The notes below the pieces were generated by a model. That model had not been told where the DNA came from. It searched no databases and saw only the letters and a program-made list of their open reading frames with translations. A stretch of DNA of 44,487 nt from a virus (Duplodnaviria; Caudoviricetes). Both the position numbers and the translations under genes were made by a program. Position 1 is the stretch's first letter. Every line of letters begins with the position of its first letter. The DNA is taken from positions 1 to 44,487 of IMG/VR virus record IMGVR_UViG_3300049171_000067; one strand, written 5' to 3'. This document shows positions 23,516 to 33,867 of the stretch, one piece after another.

Positions 23516-24994
23516 TTGATTACAGATTTATTAGCAGGACAAGGACTCACAATGAACGAGATATTAGCAGAGCTTAGAGCATTGAACGGTCAAATCAATA
23601 GCCAGATTATCACTGATTTGATTACCATGCATCAGCCGGACAGAGATCGCATGATTAAACTCTATCATCGTTACAAGTGTTTGCATGATGGTGTTCCTAT
23701 ATTTGATAGACAGGTTGCAGAATATGAAACCATTAACCATAAGTTAAACAATGATTTTTTTGGTGAGATTGTGGATACAAAAGTGGGCTATTTTATGGGT
23801 CTGCCTGTAACGTATGGAGTTAATCGTGAGGCAAAAAATTATGAAACAAAAGATGAGGTAATACAAGATTTTATTCAATACAATCTCATTGAGGATTTGG
23901 ACAGCGAAACATCAAAGATCGCCGCAATTTGTGGACTTGCTGCAAGATTGCTTTATATCGACACTGAGGGCAAAGAAAGAGTAATGAACGTTCCTCCTTG
24001 GGAATGCGTCTTTGTTTATGACAGGAGCATCCAAGAATCGCAGTATGCATTACGTTATTATCCTATCGGGGTTGTGCCGCAAATAGGCGGCGAAGCTACC
24101 GAGCGGATACGGGTGGAGTGGTATGACCACACTCATGTCACCTTTTATATCCAAGATGATCAGGGGAATTACATTCTAGATGACACAGAACCAATCAACC
24201 CACGACCACATCTATTCGACGGTATTACGTTGCTTGCCTTTCCCAACAACGAGGAGATGCAAGGTGATGCAGAAAAAGTACTGTCTTTGATCGATGCTTA
24301 TGACCGTGCCTTTAGCGATGCTAACAGTGAGATTGAGGCTTTTCGATCTGCTTATATGCTGTTCTATGGCTTCGAGGTTGATGCAGAGACATTGGAAACA
24401 ATCAAGAGAACAGGGGCATTTGGTATCCCAACCGCAGAGGATGGGTCTAGAGTTGAGTATTTGACTAAAGATCAAAATGATCAGTCCATCGAAAATCATT
24501 TGAATCGATTGGAGCAAAACATTTTACGCTTTGGGAAATCGGTTAACTTTACTGATGAGCATTTTGCATCCAATATCAGCGGAGTAGCAATGAAATTCAA
24601 GATGTTTTCTTTGGAATCCAAATGTATGATATCTGAGCGTAAATTCAATGCAGCACTACAACGGCAGTTTAAATTGCTGGCCAGCGTGTGGGCGAAAAAG
24701 GGGTTATCATTTGATCTGAGGGACATCACATATCAGTTTAAACGTAACTTCCCACTAAACATGCTAGACGAAGCACAGACTAGTGCAACGCTCAAAGGAC
24801 TAGTGAGTGAGAAAACAAGGCTGTCCTTGCTCTCTTTCATTGACGATCCAGAAGAAGAACTTCAAGCGATGGAACAGGAAATATATGATCTTATCCCCGG
24901 TGATCCTGTGCAGGGGGTGATGATTAATAATGACACTGGAGCAACAGCAGCAACAAATAGAACAGCAGACAGAACAAAAACAGAACGAACTTGA
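23516..24994 (+). CDS. Portal protein, SPP1 gp6-like
   Basis: IVDTKVGYFMGLP, LIDAYD, SGVAMKFK motifs; TTG 23516 with SD AAGGAGGTG. Confidence 0.95.
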   Translation: MITDLLAGQGLTMNEILAELRALNGQINSQIITDLITMHQPDRDRMIKLYHRYKCLHDGVPIFDRQVAEYETINHKLNNDFFGEIVDTKVGYFMGLPVTYGVNREAKNYETKDEVIQDFIQYNLIEDLDSETSKIAAICGLAARLLYIDTEGKERVMNVPPWECVFVYDRSIQESQYALRYYPIGVVPQIGGEATERIRVEWYDHTHVTFYIQDDQGNYILDDTEPINPRPHLFDGITLLAFPNNEEMQGDAEKVLSLIDAYDRAFSDANSEIEAFRSAYMLFYGFEVDAETLETIKRTGAFGIPTAEDGSRVEYLTKDQNDQSIENHLNRLEQNILRFGKSVNFTDEHFASNISGVAMKFKMFSLESKCMISERKFNAALQRQFKLLASVWAKKGLSFDLRDITYQFKRNFPLNMLDEAQTSATLKGLVSEKTRLSLLSFIDDPEEELQAMEQEIYDLIPGDPVQGVMINNDTGATAATNRTADRTKTERT

Positions 24995-25715
24995 GCAAGC
25001 ACTTGCCTTTGCTTTTGGACTGCTGCTATTAGGATTAACTGGTGTGGCAGCACAAGCGATAAGTAGTATAGCAGTTGTTGGGGCTGATGCTTTGTGGCGT
25101 TCCATGGTCCCGCTGATCAATACTGAATTTCGTAAGATTAAAAAGCAAGTACCAGATACATTTACCATCATCATTCGATCCATTCATGATGATATGATTC
25201 GCGCATTGCGGTCAGATGGTATTGATGTATCTGATTCCTTGACACAAAAGGATATACAACAATTGATACAAAAGCACATTGCAGGTCTTACTTTAAATGA
25301 TCGTATCGAACGAAACCGCAAACGATTCATTGCACAGCTTCGAGATGTTCTACTGATATCAGTTAAAAAGAATGAAACTTATGATGAAATGAGCAAACGT
25401 ATTCGATCTCTTGTAGAAAGTCAAGGGAGCCGGATGCGTTTAATTGTGCGTACCGAGGTTCATCGGTTGAGAAATCGAATTGTATTCAATCTGTCTAAGT
25501 TGGTCAGCAAATCAGGCATCAAATTGAAAAAGACTTGGATTGCTAGAATGGACAACCGGACACGACAAGCCCATAGAAGACTAAACGGCACGACAAAGCC
25601 AATCAACAGCAATTTCGCAAGTACAGCAGGTGGACATGGTCCAGCTCCTGGGCTGATGGGGAATGCTGCTGATGACATAAATTGTAGATGCAGACTTAGA
25701 TTAAATATTTCTTGA
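24930..25715 (+). CDS. Minor head morphogenesis protein (Mu gpF/SPP1 gp7-like)
   Basis: LIVRTE, KTWIARMDNRTRQAH, INCRC. Confidence 0.85.
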   Translation: MTLEQQQQQIEQQTEQKQNELEQALAFAFGLLLLGLTGVAAQAISSIAVVGADALWRSMVPLINTEFRKIKKQVPDTFTIIIRSIHDDMIRALRSDGIDVSDSLTQKDIQQLIQKHIAGLTLNDRIERNRKRFIAQLRDVLLISVKKNETYDEMSKRIRSLVESQGSRMRLIVRTEVHRLRNRIVFNLSKLVSKSGIKLKKTWIARMDNRTRQAHRRLNGTTKPINSNFASTAGGHGPAPGLMGNAADDINCRCRLRLNIS

Positions 25716-25756
25716 ACTACTAGGCTCGTACTAGTAGGGCATAGGAGGAACAGAGA

Positions 25757-26341
25757 ATGAGTGAAGAACAAAACAATCAACCTGTAGTGGAACAGAAACC
25801 AAGTGTCACTTTGGATGATATCAAGAATTTAGCATCGCAAAATGAAGACATTCAGAAATGGTTGCAGAGCGAGAAGGACAGTCATTTTTCCCGATCGTTA
25901 GAAACGTGGAAAGAAAACAATCTGTCTTCGCTGGTAGAACAAGAAGTGAAGAAGTTATATCCAGAGGAAACGGAAGAGCAAAGACAACTTCGAGAGCTAA
26001 AATCACAGTTTGATCAGTTGCAGAAAGAAAAACAGCTCGAAACCATACGAAATCAAGCGTATAAACAGGCTACTGAAAAAGGGTTACCTGTTGAACTGCT
26101 TGATTTTTTTGTTGCCAGTGATGCAGAAAAGACTATGGAAAATCTTTCGGTACTGGAAAATGTATTTTCCCAAGCGGTACAAAATCAAGTCAATCAAACG
26201 TTTAAAACAAATGGCAGGGAACCATTCAAAGCGAATGATGCTCAACCCAATAGTATTGAGGCCCAATATCAAAAAGCGATGCAAGAAGGCAATATCAGCC
26301 AAGCAATAGCGTTAAAATCCAAAATGTATGAATCGGAGTGA
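25757..26341 (+). CDS. Capsid scaffolding protein (DUF4355-like)
   Basis: Position before the capsid gene; coiled coil; EKGLPVELLDF. Confidence 0.8.
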   Translation: MSEEQNNQPVVEQKPSVTLDDIKNLASQNEDIQKWLQSEKDSHFSRSLETWKENNLSSLVEQEVKKLYPEETEEQRQLRELKSQFDQLQKEKQLETIRNQAYKQATEKGLPVELLDFFVASDAEKTMENLSVLENVFSQAVQNQVNQTFKTNGREPFKANDAQPNSIEAQYQKAMQEGNISQAIALKSKMYESE

Positions 26342-26348
26342 ATGAGAT

Positions 26349-27287
26349 ATGGCAGTAATTAATGGTCAGGGTACTACATTTAATCTACCTAACTTTGTGG
26401 GGGAAATCTTTGCACTTACCCCAACAGAAACCCCATTTCTAAGCGCAATCGGCGGTCTTACTGGTGGTATGCGTACCAGCTCAAAGGAATTTGCATTTCA
26501 AGATTTTAGCTTGCCAGCACCAGCGCAACCAGTCAATCAGTTAGAAGGTCAAAACGCTCCACCGCCAAGTGAAATTGATAGAGCGCAAGTTTTTAACGTG
26601 GTTCAAATTTTCCATGAAACTCTTGAGATTTCCTATACCAAACAAGCAGCAACAGGAAATATATCTGGTCAAAGCATCTTAGGAAATCAACCTGTGATGA
26701 ATGAGGTGGACTGGCAGACACAACGAAAATTAGAGATCATTGCAAGAAACATTGAGTATACCTTCTTGAACGGTGTCTTCTCCAATCCGGCAACAAACGT
26801 CAATCCTGGGAGACAAACAAGGGGACTACTCCAAGCGATTACCACAAATGTAGTGGATGGAACTGGTAGCACTGACTTTAAAACAACTTTCAATTCCTTG
26901 TTGCTAGAAATGTTTACTAACGGCGCACCATTTGGAGCAAATACAGTTATCATCACTAACGGATTCCAGAAACAACAAATTTCCAATGCTTACGGTTATG
27001 CGCCAGAAGATCGAAATATCGGTGGTGTAAACATCAACCAAATTGAAACGGATTTTGGTCGCTTTGGTGTGATGTTAGATCGCTATATGCCAGCAGATAC
27101 CATTGTTTTGGCTGACCTTAGTGTGTGTTCTCCTGTGTTTCTAGAAATTCCGGGCAAAGGATTCTTGTTCCGTGAGGAACTAGCGCGTGTTGGTGCGGCA
27201 TTCAAGTATCAAATTTATGGTGAAGTTGGTTTAGAGTCGGGACCAGAGTTGTTCCATGGCAAAATCACTGGACTGCCAACAACTTAA
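26349..27287 (+). CDS. Major capsid protein
   Basis: TFNLPNFVGEIF..TPTETPFLS, NVVQIFHE, RQTRGLL, IETDFG, QIYGEVGLE; position. Confidence 0.9.
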   Translation: MAVINGQGTTFNLPNFVGEIFALTPTETPFLSAIGGLTGGMRTSSKEFAFQDFSLPAPAQPVNQLEGQNAPPPSEIDRAQVFNVVQIFHETLEISYTKQAATGNISGQSILGNQPVMNEVDWQTQRKLEIIARNIEYTFLNGVFSNPATNVNPGRQTRGLLQAITTNVVDGTGSTDFKTTFNSLLLEMFTNGAPFGANTVIITNGFQKQQISNAYGYAPEDRNIGGVNINQIETDFGRFGVMLDRYMPADTIVLADLSVCSPVFLEIPGKGFLFREELARVGAAFKYQIYGEVGLESGPELFHGKITGLPTT

Positions 27288-27296
27288 GGAGGATGA

Positions 27297-27620
27297 ATGA
27301 TGGAATTAAAATATATGAGTGGACTTCCTCCAAGACTTCGGGAAGTTCTGGAAGCGTTGGAAGCAGGAGAGGGAGTGGTAACAGATGGCTCTATTTCCAC
27401 TGCAAAGCTTGCAGATAACGCAGTCACAGCGGCAAAAATTGTAAACGGCGTTGTATCTCTAGCCAAACTAGATACAGCGACACAAAACACGATCAACGGT
27501 AAATTGACAGCAACGAAGGCAGCTACACAAGCAGACAGCACTGCAACGGATGTTGCTGGATTGGTAACGGATTTTAATGCATTGTTAGCAAAGCTAAAAG
27601 CAGCAGGGTTAATGAATTAG
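27297..27620 (+). CDS. Head fibre / decoration protein
   Basis: ISTAKLADNAVTAAKI repeats; DSTATDVAGLVTDFNALLAKLKAAGLM C-terminus. Confidence 0.75.
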   Translation: MMELKYMSGLPPRLREVLEALEAGEGVVTDGSISTAKLADNAVTAAKIVNGVVSLAKLDTATQNTINGKLTATKAATQADSTATDVAGLVTDFNALLAKLKAAGLMN

Positions 27621-27659
27621 GGGGCTTATGCCTCCTTTTCTATTTGGAGGTGAGAAAGT

Positions 27660-27830
27660 TTGAAATTTACATGTGAAAGATATCCATCCTTACTTGTGAT
27701 GTATGGAAAAAAGCCTGTACGGTTTGAGGACGGCGAACTTGAAACAGAAGATAAGGAGCTAATAGAAGTATTGAGGAAAAGCTCAAATGTTACTGAGGTA
27801 AAAGAAACAAAGAAAAAAGGTGCTAAGTAA
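27660..27830 (+). CDS. 56-aa small head-module protein
   Basis: Translated by hand; TTG with SD GGAGGTG; VRFEDGELETEDKELIEVL. Confidence 0.65.
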   Translation: MKFTCERYPSLLVMYGKKPVRFEDGELETEDKELIEVLRKSSNVTEVKETKKKGAK

Positions 27831-28180
27831 TGGCAACGATCACCGTAGATGAGATCAAAACGCTGTTGCTCATCCCTGCCAGTAATACCAAATATGATGA
27901 ATACCTGCCAGTGTTGTTGCCAAAAGTGTTGTCATTTGTGAAGCAATACTGCAATCGTGATTTCGTTGATCCAGAGACAGGTGAGGACGATTATCCAGAT
28001 GGTATCGGTTTAGCTGTTGCTCAACTATGCCGTTATCACATCAAAGAGACTCAAATACAATTGGAGGCTATCAGAGGGAATAACAACACAATGTTGCCCT
28101 TATATCCACCTAATCTCCTGACAGCACTCAACCAATGGCGGCGCATTCGATATGTCGCATTCAAGGAGGATATCTTATGA
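27830..28180 (+). CDS. Head-tail connector/adaptor (SPP1 gp15-like)
   Basis: VDEIKTLL...YDEYL...VKQYCNRDF; position. Confidence 0.8.
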   Translation: MATITVDEIKTLLLIPASNTKYDEYLPVLLPKVLSFVKQYCNRDFVDPETGEDDYPDGIGLAVAQLCRYHIKETQIQLEAIRGNNNTMLPLYPPNLLTALNQWRRIRYVAFKEDIL

Positions 28181-28350
28181 AAGTCATCGTCACTAATAAC
28201 CACGGCGATCCGATTCACCGCCTTGGTATTGAGTTTCTTCCACATGATGAAAAAGAAATAACAGTAGATGATCCTAATCACCGCAGGATTTTAGATGCTT
28301 GCCGTTTTCTCTCTGTCAAAGAAGCAACGAAAAAGAAGGCTGACAAATGA
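28177..28350 (+). CDS. Small hypothetical virion-module protein
   Basis: ATGA coupling on both sides; SD AAGGAGG. Confidence 0.65.
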   Translation: MKVIVTNNHGDPIHRLGIEFLPHDEKEITVDDPNHRRILDACRFLSVKEATKKKADK

Positions 28351-28772
28351 GTTTCGATATAGAGGTAAAACACAATTTAGATGATTTGGAGAGACGTTCA
28401 AAACAATCTATTATTTCTGCTGTCCGAGAAATAGCAAGCCTTTGTATGAGTCGCATCCGTGCCAATAGCCCAAAACGTACAGGTGCATTATCTCGATCTT
28501 GGATGATGGAGAAAGTGAACGAGTTAACCTATAAAGTATCTACCTCCATCAAATACGCCAAGTGGGTGAATGATGGGACTGGGATATATGGATCGGGTAA
28601 ACCAATCACTCCAAAACGTGCTAAGTACTTACGGTTTCAAATCGGCGGCAGTATCATCTTTGCGAAATCGGTCAAGGGACAAAAGGGACAGCACTATGTA
28701 GAGGAAACGGTAAGGCAAACAGAAAATAGAGTCGAATCCATTGTATCTAAATGGATGAAAAGGGTTGGATAA
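28347..28772 (+). CDS. HK97 gp10-like neck/tail completion protein
   Basis: SPKRTGALSRS, YAKWVNDGTG, VKGQKGQHY. Confidence 0.85.
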   Translation: MSFDIEVKHNLDDLERRSKQSIISAVREIASLCMSRIRANSPKRTGALSRSWMMEKVNELTYKVSTSIKYAKWVNDGTGIYGSGKPITPKRAKYLRFQIGGSIIFAKSVKGQKGQHYVEETVRQTENRVESIVSKWMKRVG

Positions 28773-28775
28773 ATC

Positions 28776-29243
28776 ATGGCTTATCAAGTCAGTAACTTAA
28801 GTTTGTATCAAGAGAGACGTAAGGTCATTGATCTAATCATGGCTAAGTTAGACAGCGAACGGACAGAAACAGGACTACTCCCTGATGTGTCGGCTGTGGT
28901 TTATGGAGATCGAACAGATGCAGCAAACATTGATGAACAACCAACAATATGGATTATTCCTGCTGCTCATGCGATTAACCCTACTAGTGGGGGTGTTGCG
29001 ATTCATGACTTTACATTTGACTTTGTATCAATGCTGATGGATTACGATTCTGCTCAAGGTAAAGACCGCGTAGAGGAAGTTTCCTCGCGAGTTTATGATG
29101 CCCTAATGAAAAATCGTAGTAGGAATGACGAGGTTTTTGACATTTTACCTCTGATTTACAATCCAGCCAGTGAAGCAGTGCAGAACTCAAACATATACTT
29201 TGCTAGCGTGCAATTAGCTTTTCGCATTCAAAGGAGGGAATAG
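28776..29243 (+). CDS. Probable tail terminator
   Basis: Position between gp10-like gene and tail tube; size. Confidence 0.6.
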   Translation: MAYQVSNLSLYQERRKVIDLIMAKLDSERTETGLLPDVSAVVYGDRTDAANIDEQPTIWIIPAAHAINPTSGGVAIHDFTFDFVSMLMDYDSAQGKDRVEEVSSRVYDALMKNRSRNDEVFDILPLIYNPASEAVQNSNIYFASVQLAFRIQRRE

Positions 29244-29244
29244 A

Positions 29245-30189
29245 GTGGGAATTACCAGATACTTATCGTTTGTGGAAGAAGCAACACATGGTACACCAGT
29301 GCTGACAGGTGGGGAAACCATTGATCCATTAAGTGCGGAACTGGAGCCGTCAGGAGATAATGTAATCATTTACGAGGGTGCGAGCAGACTAGATAAATTA
29401 GCAGTACCGGGACCATATCTAAACGAAGGTTCTATTGCTACTGCTTTTGATAACAAAGCTTTTCCATGGTTCTTAAAGTGGGCACTGGGAGGATACGAAG
29501 TTACTGGAACAACTCCATCCTTTACGCACCGATTTTTCCCACAACAAAATGCTTTGATGCAACCCTTTACCACAAGGGTAGGAAAAGACATCTTTGAGCA
29601 TATTTATAGCGGATGTGTAGTAGGAACAATTGGTCTGGAATATGATCGGGAGTTTGTTAACGCTAACGTCGATGTCATTGCAGGAAGAGATTCGCAACAG
29701 GCGTTAAATGCAACGCCAACCTTTACCGAGGGGCAAATCTATGCAGGATGTAATGTAACCGTGGATATTGATGCAACCGACCAATCAACATATGTAGAAA
29801 CTTTTTCGCTAACCATTGAAACAGGTGCAGATGCAGAAAACGGAGTTACCGTTGGCAGCCGTTACCCAAGACGCGCATTTCGCGGGTCTTTTTTAGTTGA
29901 GTTGGAGATGACCATGAGTTTCTTTGATACCAGTCAGCTAGAGTTGTTCTGGGGTGATCCAGCCGGACCGCTTGTGTGTAATGTGGGCGACTTTCCAATG
30001 ACGATACATTTGGGGACAGACGTGGATATCATTTTACCTCGTTTGGTTTATACAAACGTATCCATTCCACTACCAGGACGTGACCGGATAGAACAAACGG
30101 TAACCGCTCGGGCTTTAGTGGCCGCCAATGGATCAGGACCAATTGAGTTTTCCATTACAAATAACAAAGCAAGTTATACCGTCGCATAG
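29245..30189 (+). CDS. Major tail tube protein
   Basis: EEATHGTP, FLKWALG, FTHRF, YSGCVVGT; position before chaperones. Confidence 0.85.
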   Translation: MGITRYLSFVEEATHGTPVLTGGETIDPLSAELEPSGDNVIIYEGASRLDKLAVPGPYLNEGSIATAFDNKAFPWFLKWALGGYEVTGTTPSFTHRFFPQQNALMQPFTTRVGKDIFEHIYSGCVVGTIGLEYDREFVNANVDVIAGRDSQQALNATPTFTEGQIYAGCNVTVDIDATDQSTYVETFSLTIETGADAENGVTVGSRYPRRAFRGSFLVELEMTMSFFDTSQLELFWGDPAGPLVCNVGDFPMTIHLGTDVDIILPRLVYTNVSIPLPGRDRIEQTVTARALVAANGSGPIEFSITNNKASYTVA

Positions 30190-30200
30190 GAGGCTATCAA

Positions 30201-30629
30201 ATGGCAAGAGTTACACTGGATTTGCTGAAAGGCATCAAGCATACAGAAACGGTAAAAATCGACTACAGAGGTCAGCTATTAGAATTTGAGGTTAAACCGC
30301 TCAATCATAACATTGCTACGAAGATACAAAAAATACTTGGTCAACATATCGAAAACCGTGTAAGAGGTCGGAACAAGAAGACCCTAGATGCAGAGGTCAC
30401 CATGAACACTGGACAAGCAATAGAAGGGAAATACCAAGCATGGTTACAGGCTACTTTGCATGGCTTGGTTGATCCACAATTGACGGAAGCTGAAATTTTG
30501 GAACAGTTGTTACCCCAGTGGATTGAACAAATTGGTCAACATGTCATGGTGATATCTGGTATTGAAGAACCAACAGAGGAAGACGAGGAACTGGCTGCAA
30601 ACTCCTTTCGAGAGGCTGATTCGAAGTAA
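30201..30629 (+). CDS. Tail assembly chaperone (G-like)
   Basis: Position between tail tube and tape measure; ends NSFREADSK. Confidence 0.8.
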   Translation: MARVTLDLLKGIKHTETVKIDYRGQLLEFEVKPLNHNIATKIQKILGQHIENRVRGRNKKTLDAEVTMNTGQAIEGKYQAWLQATLHGLVDPQLTEAEILEQLLPQWIEQIGQHVMVISGIEEPTEEDEELAANSFREADSK

Positions 30630-30795
30630 CGAGGCAGAAGATTTTTTTATTTTCATTGTGGAAATGGGTTTGTCTCTTGAAACATATAACAATCTAACTC
30701 TGGTCCAAAAGGCTGCATTGTTGTATCAGTGGAACCAGAAACAAAAACGAGCTGAAAAAGAAACAAAACAGAAACCAAGTAGAGGGAGGAGGTAA
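30607..30795 (+). CDS. Frameshift extension of the tail chaperone (T-like), +1 frame
   Basis: Overlapping ORF with no good start or SD; TCC-TTT-CGA at 30603-30611. Confidence 0.65.
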   Translation, partial: FERLIRSNEAEDFFIFIVEMGLSLETYNNLTLVQKAALLYQWNQKQKRAEKETKQKPSRGRR

Positions 30796-30797
30796 CA

Positions 30798-33014
30798 TTG
30801 GCTAATGTAATTGATATCATCGTCAAAGGACACGACCAGACCAGTAAAATCTTTCGTAAGATCGGACGAGAAGCAGACAGAGCATTTCTACAAGCAGAAC
30901 AATCTTTCAAGCGTCTAGAAAATGAAATGAAATCCATTCCTGATATTCAAATTGATGCAGATACTTCAAAAGCTAGGGCTGAAATTACTGCCTTACAAAC
31001 AACGATCGCACTACTGGAAGATAAGGATATTGAAATCGATGTAAAGGCAAATACTCGTTTATTTATGCGAGCTATTGCGGCTATCTCTCCTGCTATGGTT
31101 CCAACGTTAGCAGCGGGAGTGGTAGCGGTTGGGGGATTAACTGCCGCATTTGCCGCCGCTGGTGCTGGAGTGTTGGGTTTTGGAGCAGTAGCGACTACTG
31201 TACTAGGAAAGGTATTTGAGGCTACAAAAGACGGCAAACTGGAGCTACAAGGGCTGACAAAAGAGCAACAGAACGCAGCAAAAGCATTACGGCGATTTAA
31301 GGATTATTGGACAGACTTTGCTAACTCTTTTCAAAGTCCTATTCTGGATATATTTACTCAATCGCTTCTAGTCCTTACTTACACCATTGACCAAATGAAG
31401 CCTGCAATAGATGGAGCAATTAGAGGTATCCAAACATTACTCAATGGAGTAAAGCAATTTACAAAAACAAGCGATTTCCAAGACTTCTTTCGATTCCTTG
31501 GGAACGAAGCGGAAACATCGATCGTAGCATTCGGACAAGCAGCAGGGAATGTGATTCGTGGGGTGATGAGCCTTATGATGGCTTTTGCTCCACTAGCTAA
31601 AACGATGCAGAATGGCTTGGTAGGATTGACAAAAGGGTTTGCAGACTGGGCGGCGAGTATGGAGAATGATTCCGCTTCGTTTGAGCGGTTTGTTAATTAT
31701 GCAATGACAAACGGTAGAACGGTTATCTCTCTTATCAAAGACATAGGGGCTATTGTCGGTAATGTATTGGTCATTCTAGCTCCTATAGGATCAGTTATAT
31801 TGAGTGTTCTTAGTAATGCTGTATCTGGACTTAGAACATTTACAGATGCGTTGAAGAATGCCTTCTCCACTGGTAACTTTTCTGCTATCCCTCTAGCGTT
31901 TATTACATTGGTTAATTCGATTTTGCAATCCATAATAAGCAGGCTACCAGCGTTTATACAAACAGGGTTACAAATGCTCACATCACTTGCGCAAGGTGTT
32001 GTTAATGCGCTTCCTGCACTCTTGGCAATGATCAGCAATTTGGTTACGCAAATACTACAAATCATCGTTCAAAATTTGCCTTTGATTCTGAGCGCAGGAG
32101 CAACTATTTTATTGACACTCATTCAAGGGATCGCGAACAATTTACATCTTATGATCCCGATTGTTTTTGCGCTAATTAATACAGTCGTTACAATTATTAC
32201 TCAAAATCTACCTTTGATTATTGCTTTAGGTGTATCCATCTTGAATCGTCTGATTGATGGAATAACCCAAGCGATGCCTTCATTGATCAATGCAGCGATT
32301 CGAATCATCTTGGAAGTTATTAATGGTATAACAAGAAATCTTCCTAAGATTATCGATGCAGGTATCAAAATCATTAATTCTTTGATAAATGGAATTACAA
32401 AAACGCTCCCTAATCTAATAGATGCAGCAGTTAAATTGATTATTGCGATCATCGATGGAATATCGCGCAACTTACCCAAGATTATTGATGCTGGTGTAAA
32501 AATCGTCGTCGCCTTGGTTCAAGGACTGAGTAAAGCAATTCCTCAAATTGTTGCGGCTCTACCTAAGATTATTAACTCGATAAAAGATGGATTAAAAAAA
32601 GTGAACTGGAGACAAGTTGGGGTTGATATCATTTCTGCCATTGCTTCCGGTTTAAAATCGATTGTTCTCACAATCCCTAGACCGAAGATACCAAAGATCA
32701 ATATAAGTGCTGCATCAACCAGTGTTGCAGGGATTAGTATTCCATACCCTAAATTCTCTGTATCTTGGTTTGCAAAAGGTGGGTTGTTTGATGGGCCGTC
32801 TGTTGTAGGTGTGGGGGAGGCAGGGAAAGAAGCTATCATCCCGCTGAGTGGCCCAAATATGCGACCATTCGCCCAAACAATAGCAAAAGAAATGGACAAC
32901 GGATCACCCCAAGGAAAACAACAAAACACAACCATTAACATATACGAAGCCCAACGAACAACAGATAAAGAAGTATTGAACGCTCTACGAAAGGCGGCGT
33001 TCCTGTATGGCTGA
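30798..33014 (+). CDS. Tape measure protein (738 aa)
   Basis: IDIIVKGHDQTS N-terminus, periodic LP..I..G repeats, WFAKGG...VGEAGKEAIIPL C-terminus. Confidence 0.9.
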   Translation: MANVIDIIVKGHDQTSKIFRKIGREADRAFLQAEQSFKRLENEMKSIPDIQIDADTSKARAEITALQTTIALLEDKDIEIDVKANTRLFMRAIAAISPAMVPTLAAGVVAVGGLTAAFAAAGAGVLGFGAVATTVLGKVFEATKDGKLELQGLTKEQQNAAKALRRFKDYWTDFANSFQSPILDIFTQSLLVLTYTIDQMKPAIDGAIRGIQTLLNGVKQFTKTSDFQDFFRFLGNEAETSIVAFGQAAGNVIRGVMSLMMAFAPLAKTMQNGLVGLTKGFADWAASMENDSASFERFVNYAMTNGRTVISLIKDIGAIVGNVLVILAPIGSVILSVLSNAVSGLRTFTDALKNAFSTGNFSAIPLAFITLVNSILQSIISRLPAFIQTGLQMLTSLAQGVVNALPALLAMISNLVTQILQIIVQNLPLILSAGATILLTLIQGIANNLHLMIPIVFALINTVVTIITQNLPLIIALGVSILNRLIDGITQAMPSLINAAIRIILEVINGITRNLPKIIDAGIKIINSLINGITKTLPNLIDAAVKLIIAIIDGISRNLPKIIDAGVKIVVALVQGLSKAIPQIVAALPKIINSIKDGLKKVNWRQVGVDIISAIASGLKSIVLTIPRPKIPKINISAASTSVAGISIPYPKFSVSWFAKGGLFDGPSVVGVGEAGKEAIIPLSGPNMRPFAQTIAKEMDNGSPQGKQQNTTINIYEAQRTTDKEVLNALRKAAFLYG

Positions 33015-33867
33015 TTTTGAAGTAATATCTTGGATATCTCCTGATAATCAAGAAACTATTATCACAGTACAAGATTGGATTGATGTTTCTGGATGGTCTG
33101 GTTTCAATAATCCTGATTTCGAGCATATAGAAGACCCTATTCCTTTTGAAGATGGGTCTTTTTATCGTAGATCAAAGACATTACCAAGGGAATTGGAGAT
33201 TGATTTGATTGTGTGGGGTGCGAATCGATCCGAGCTGTTCCAGCGAATTCGGCAATTAACGCAATCGCTCAACGTCTACAAAGGAATAGGGAAAATAAAA
33301 TTTGTTTCGCCGGATCTCATCGAGCGGAGCATTTTTTGTTTATATAAGCAGGGTCTAGAGGGGAACGAGGGTGAAGATGGCGGTGTGTCTTGGCGTAAGA
33401 TCACATTAACATTCCGAGCATTTGATCCTTATTTCTATGGATCAGAAACAACAGAAGTTTTTCAACTAGACCAGAACCCGCCGATGTGGTTTCCGTTTTT
33501 CCCCTTGAACCTTGGCGGTGACGCGGTTGTGTCTCAAATCCAGATTGACAACACGGGTGATGTAAAGAGCTTTCCTACTTGGACAATACATGGTCCCGGC
33601 GATGACCCGAAGATGACCAATCTCACAACAGGCGAGGTTCTAACGATCAGCGGTGTGACATTAGATGAAAATCAAACGATCACCATTGACACCAAATCAA
33701 GACAGATTACATTAGACGATAACACTAACCTCTTGCCGTTTCTGGCTTGGGGTTCTACATTTTGGACGCTGGAACCTGATGTTAATCAAGTAAAAATAGA
33801 AATGGCAAACGCTACAGCCTCATCTTCTATACAACTGGCTTATTCTCCGCGTTATTTGGGGGTGTGA
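33007..33867 (+). CDS. Distal tail protein (Dit)
   Basis: Follows tape measure; TFRAFDPYFY, NTGDVKSFP, LEPDVN. Confidence 0.85.
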   Translation: MADFEVISWISPDNQETIITVQDWIDVSGWSGFNNPDFEHIEDPIPFEDGSFYRRSKTLPRELEIDLIVWGANRSELFQRIRQLTQSLNVYKGIGKIKFVSPDLIERSIFCLYKQGLEGNEGEDGGVSWRKITLTFRAFDPYFYGSETTEVFQLDQNPPMWFPFFPLNLGGDAVVSQIQIDNTGDVKSFPTWTIHGPGDDPKMTNLTTGEVLTISGVTLDENQTITIDTKSRQITLDDNTNLLPFLAWGSTFWTLEPDVNQVKIEMANATASSSIQLAYSPRYLGV

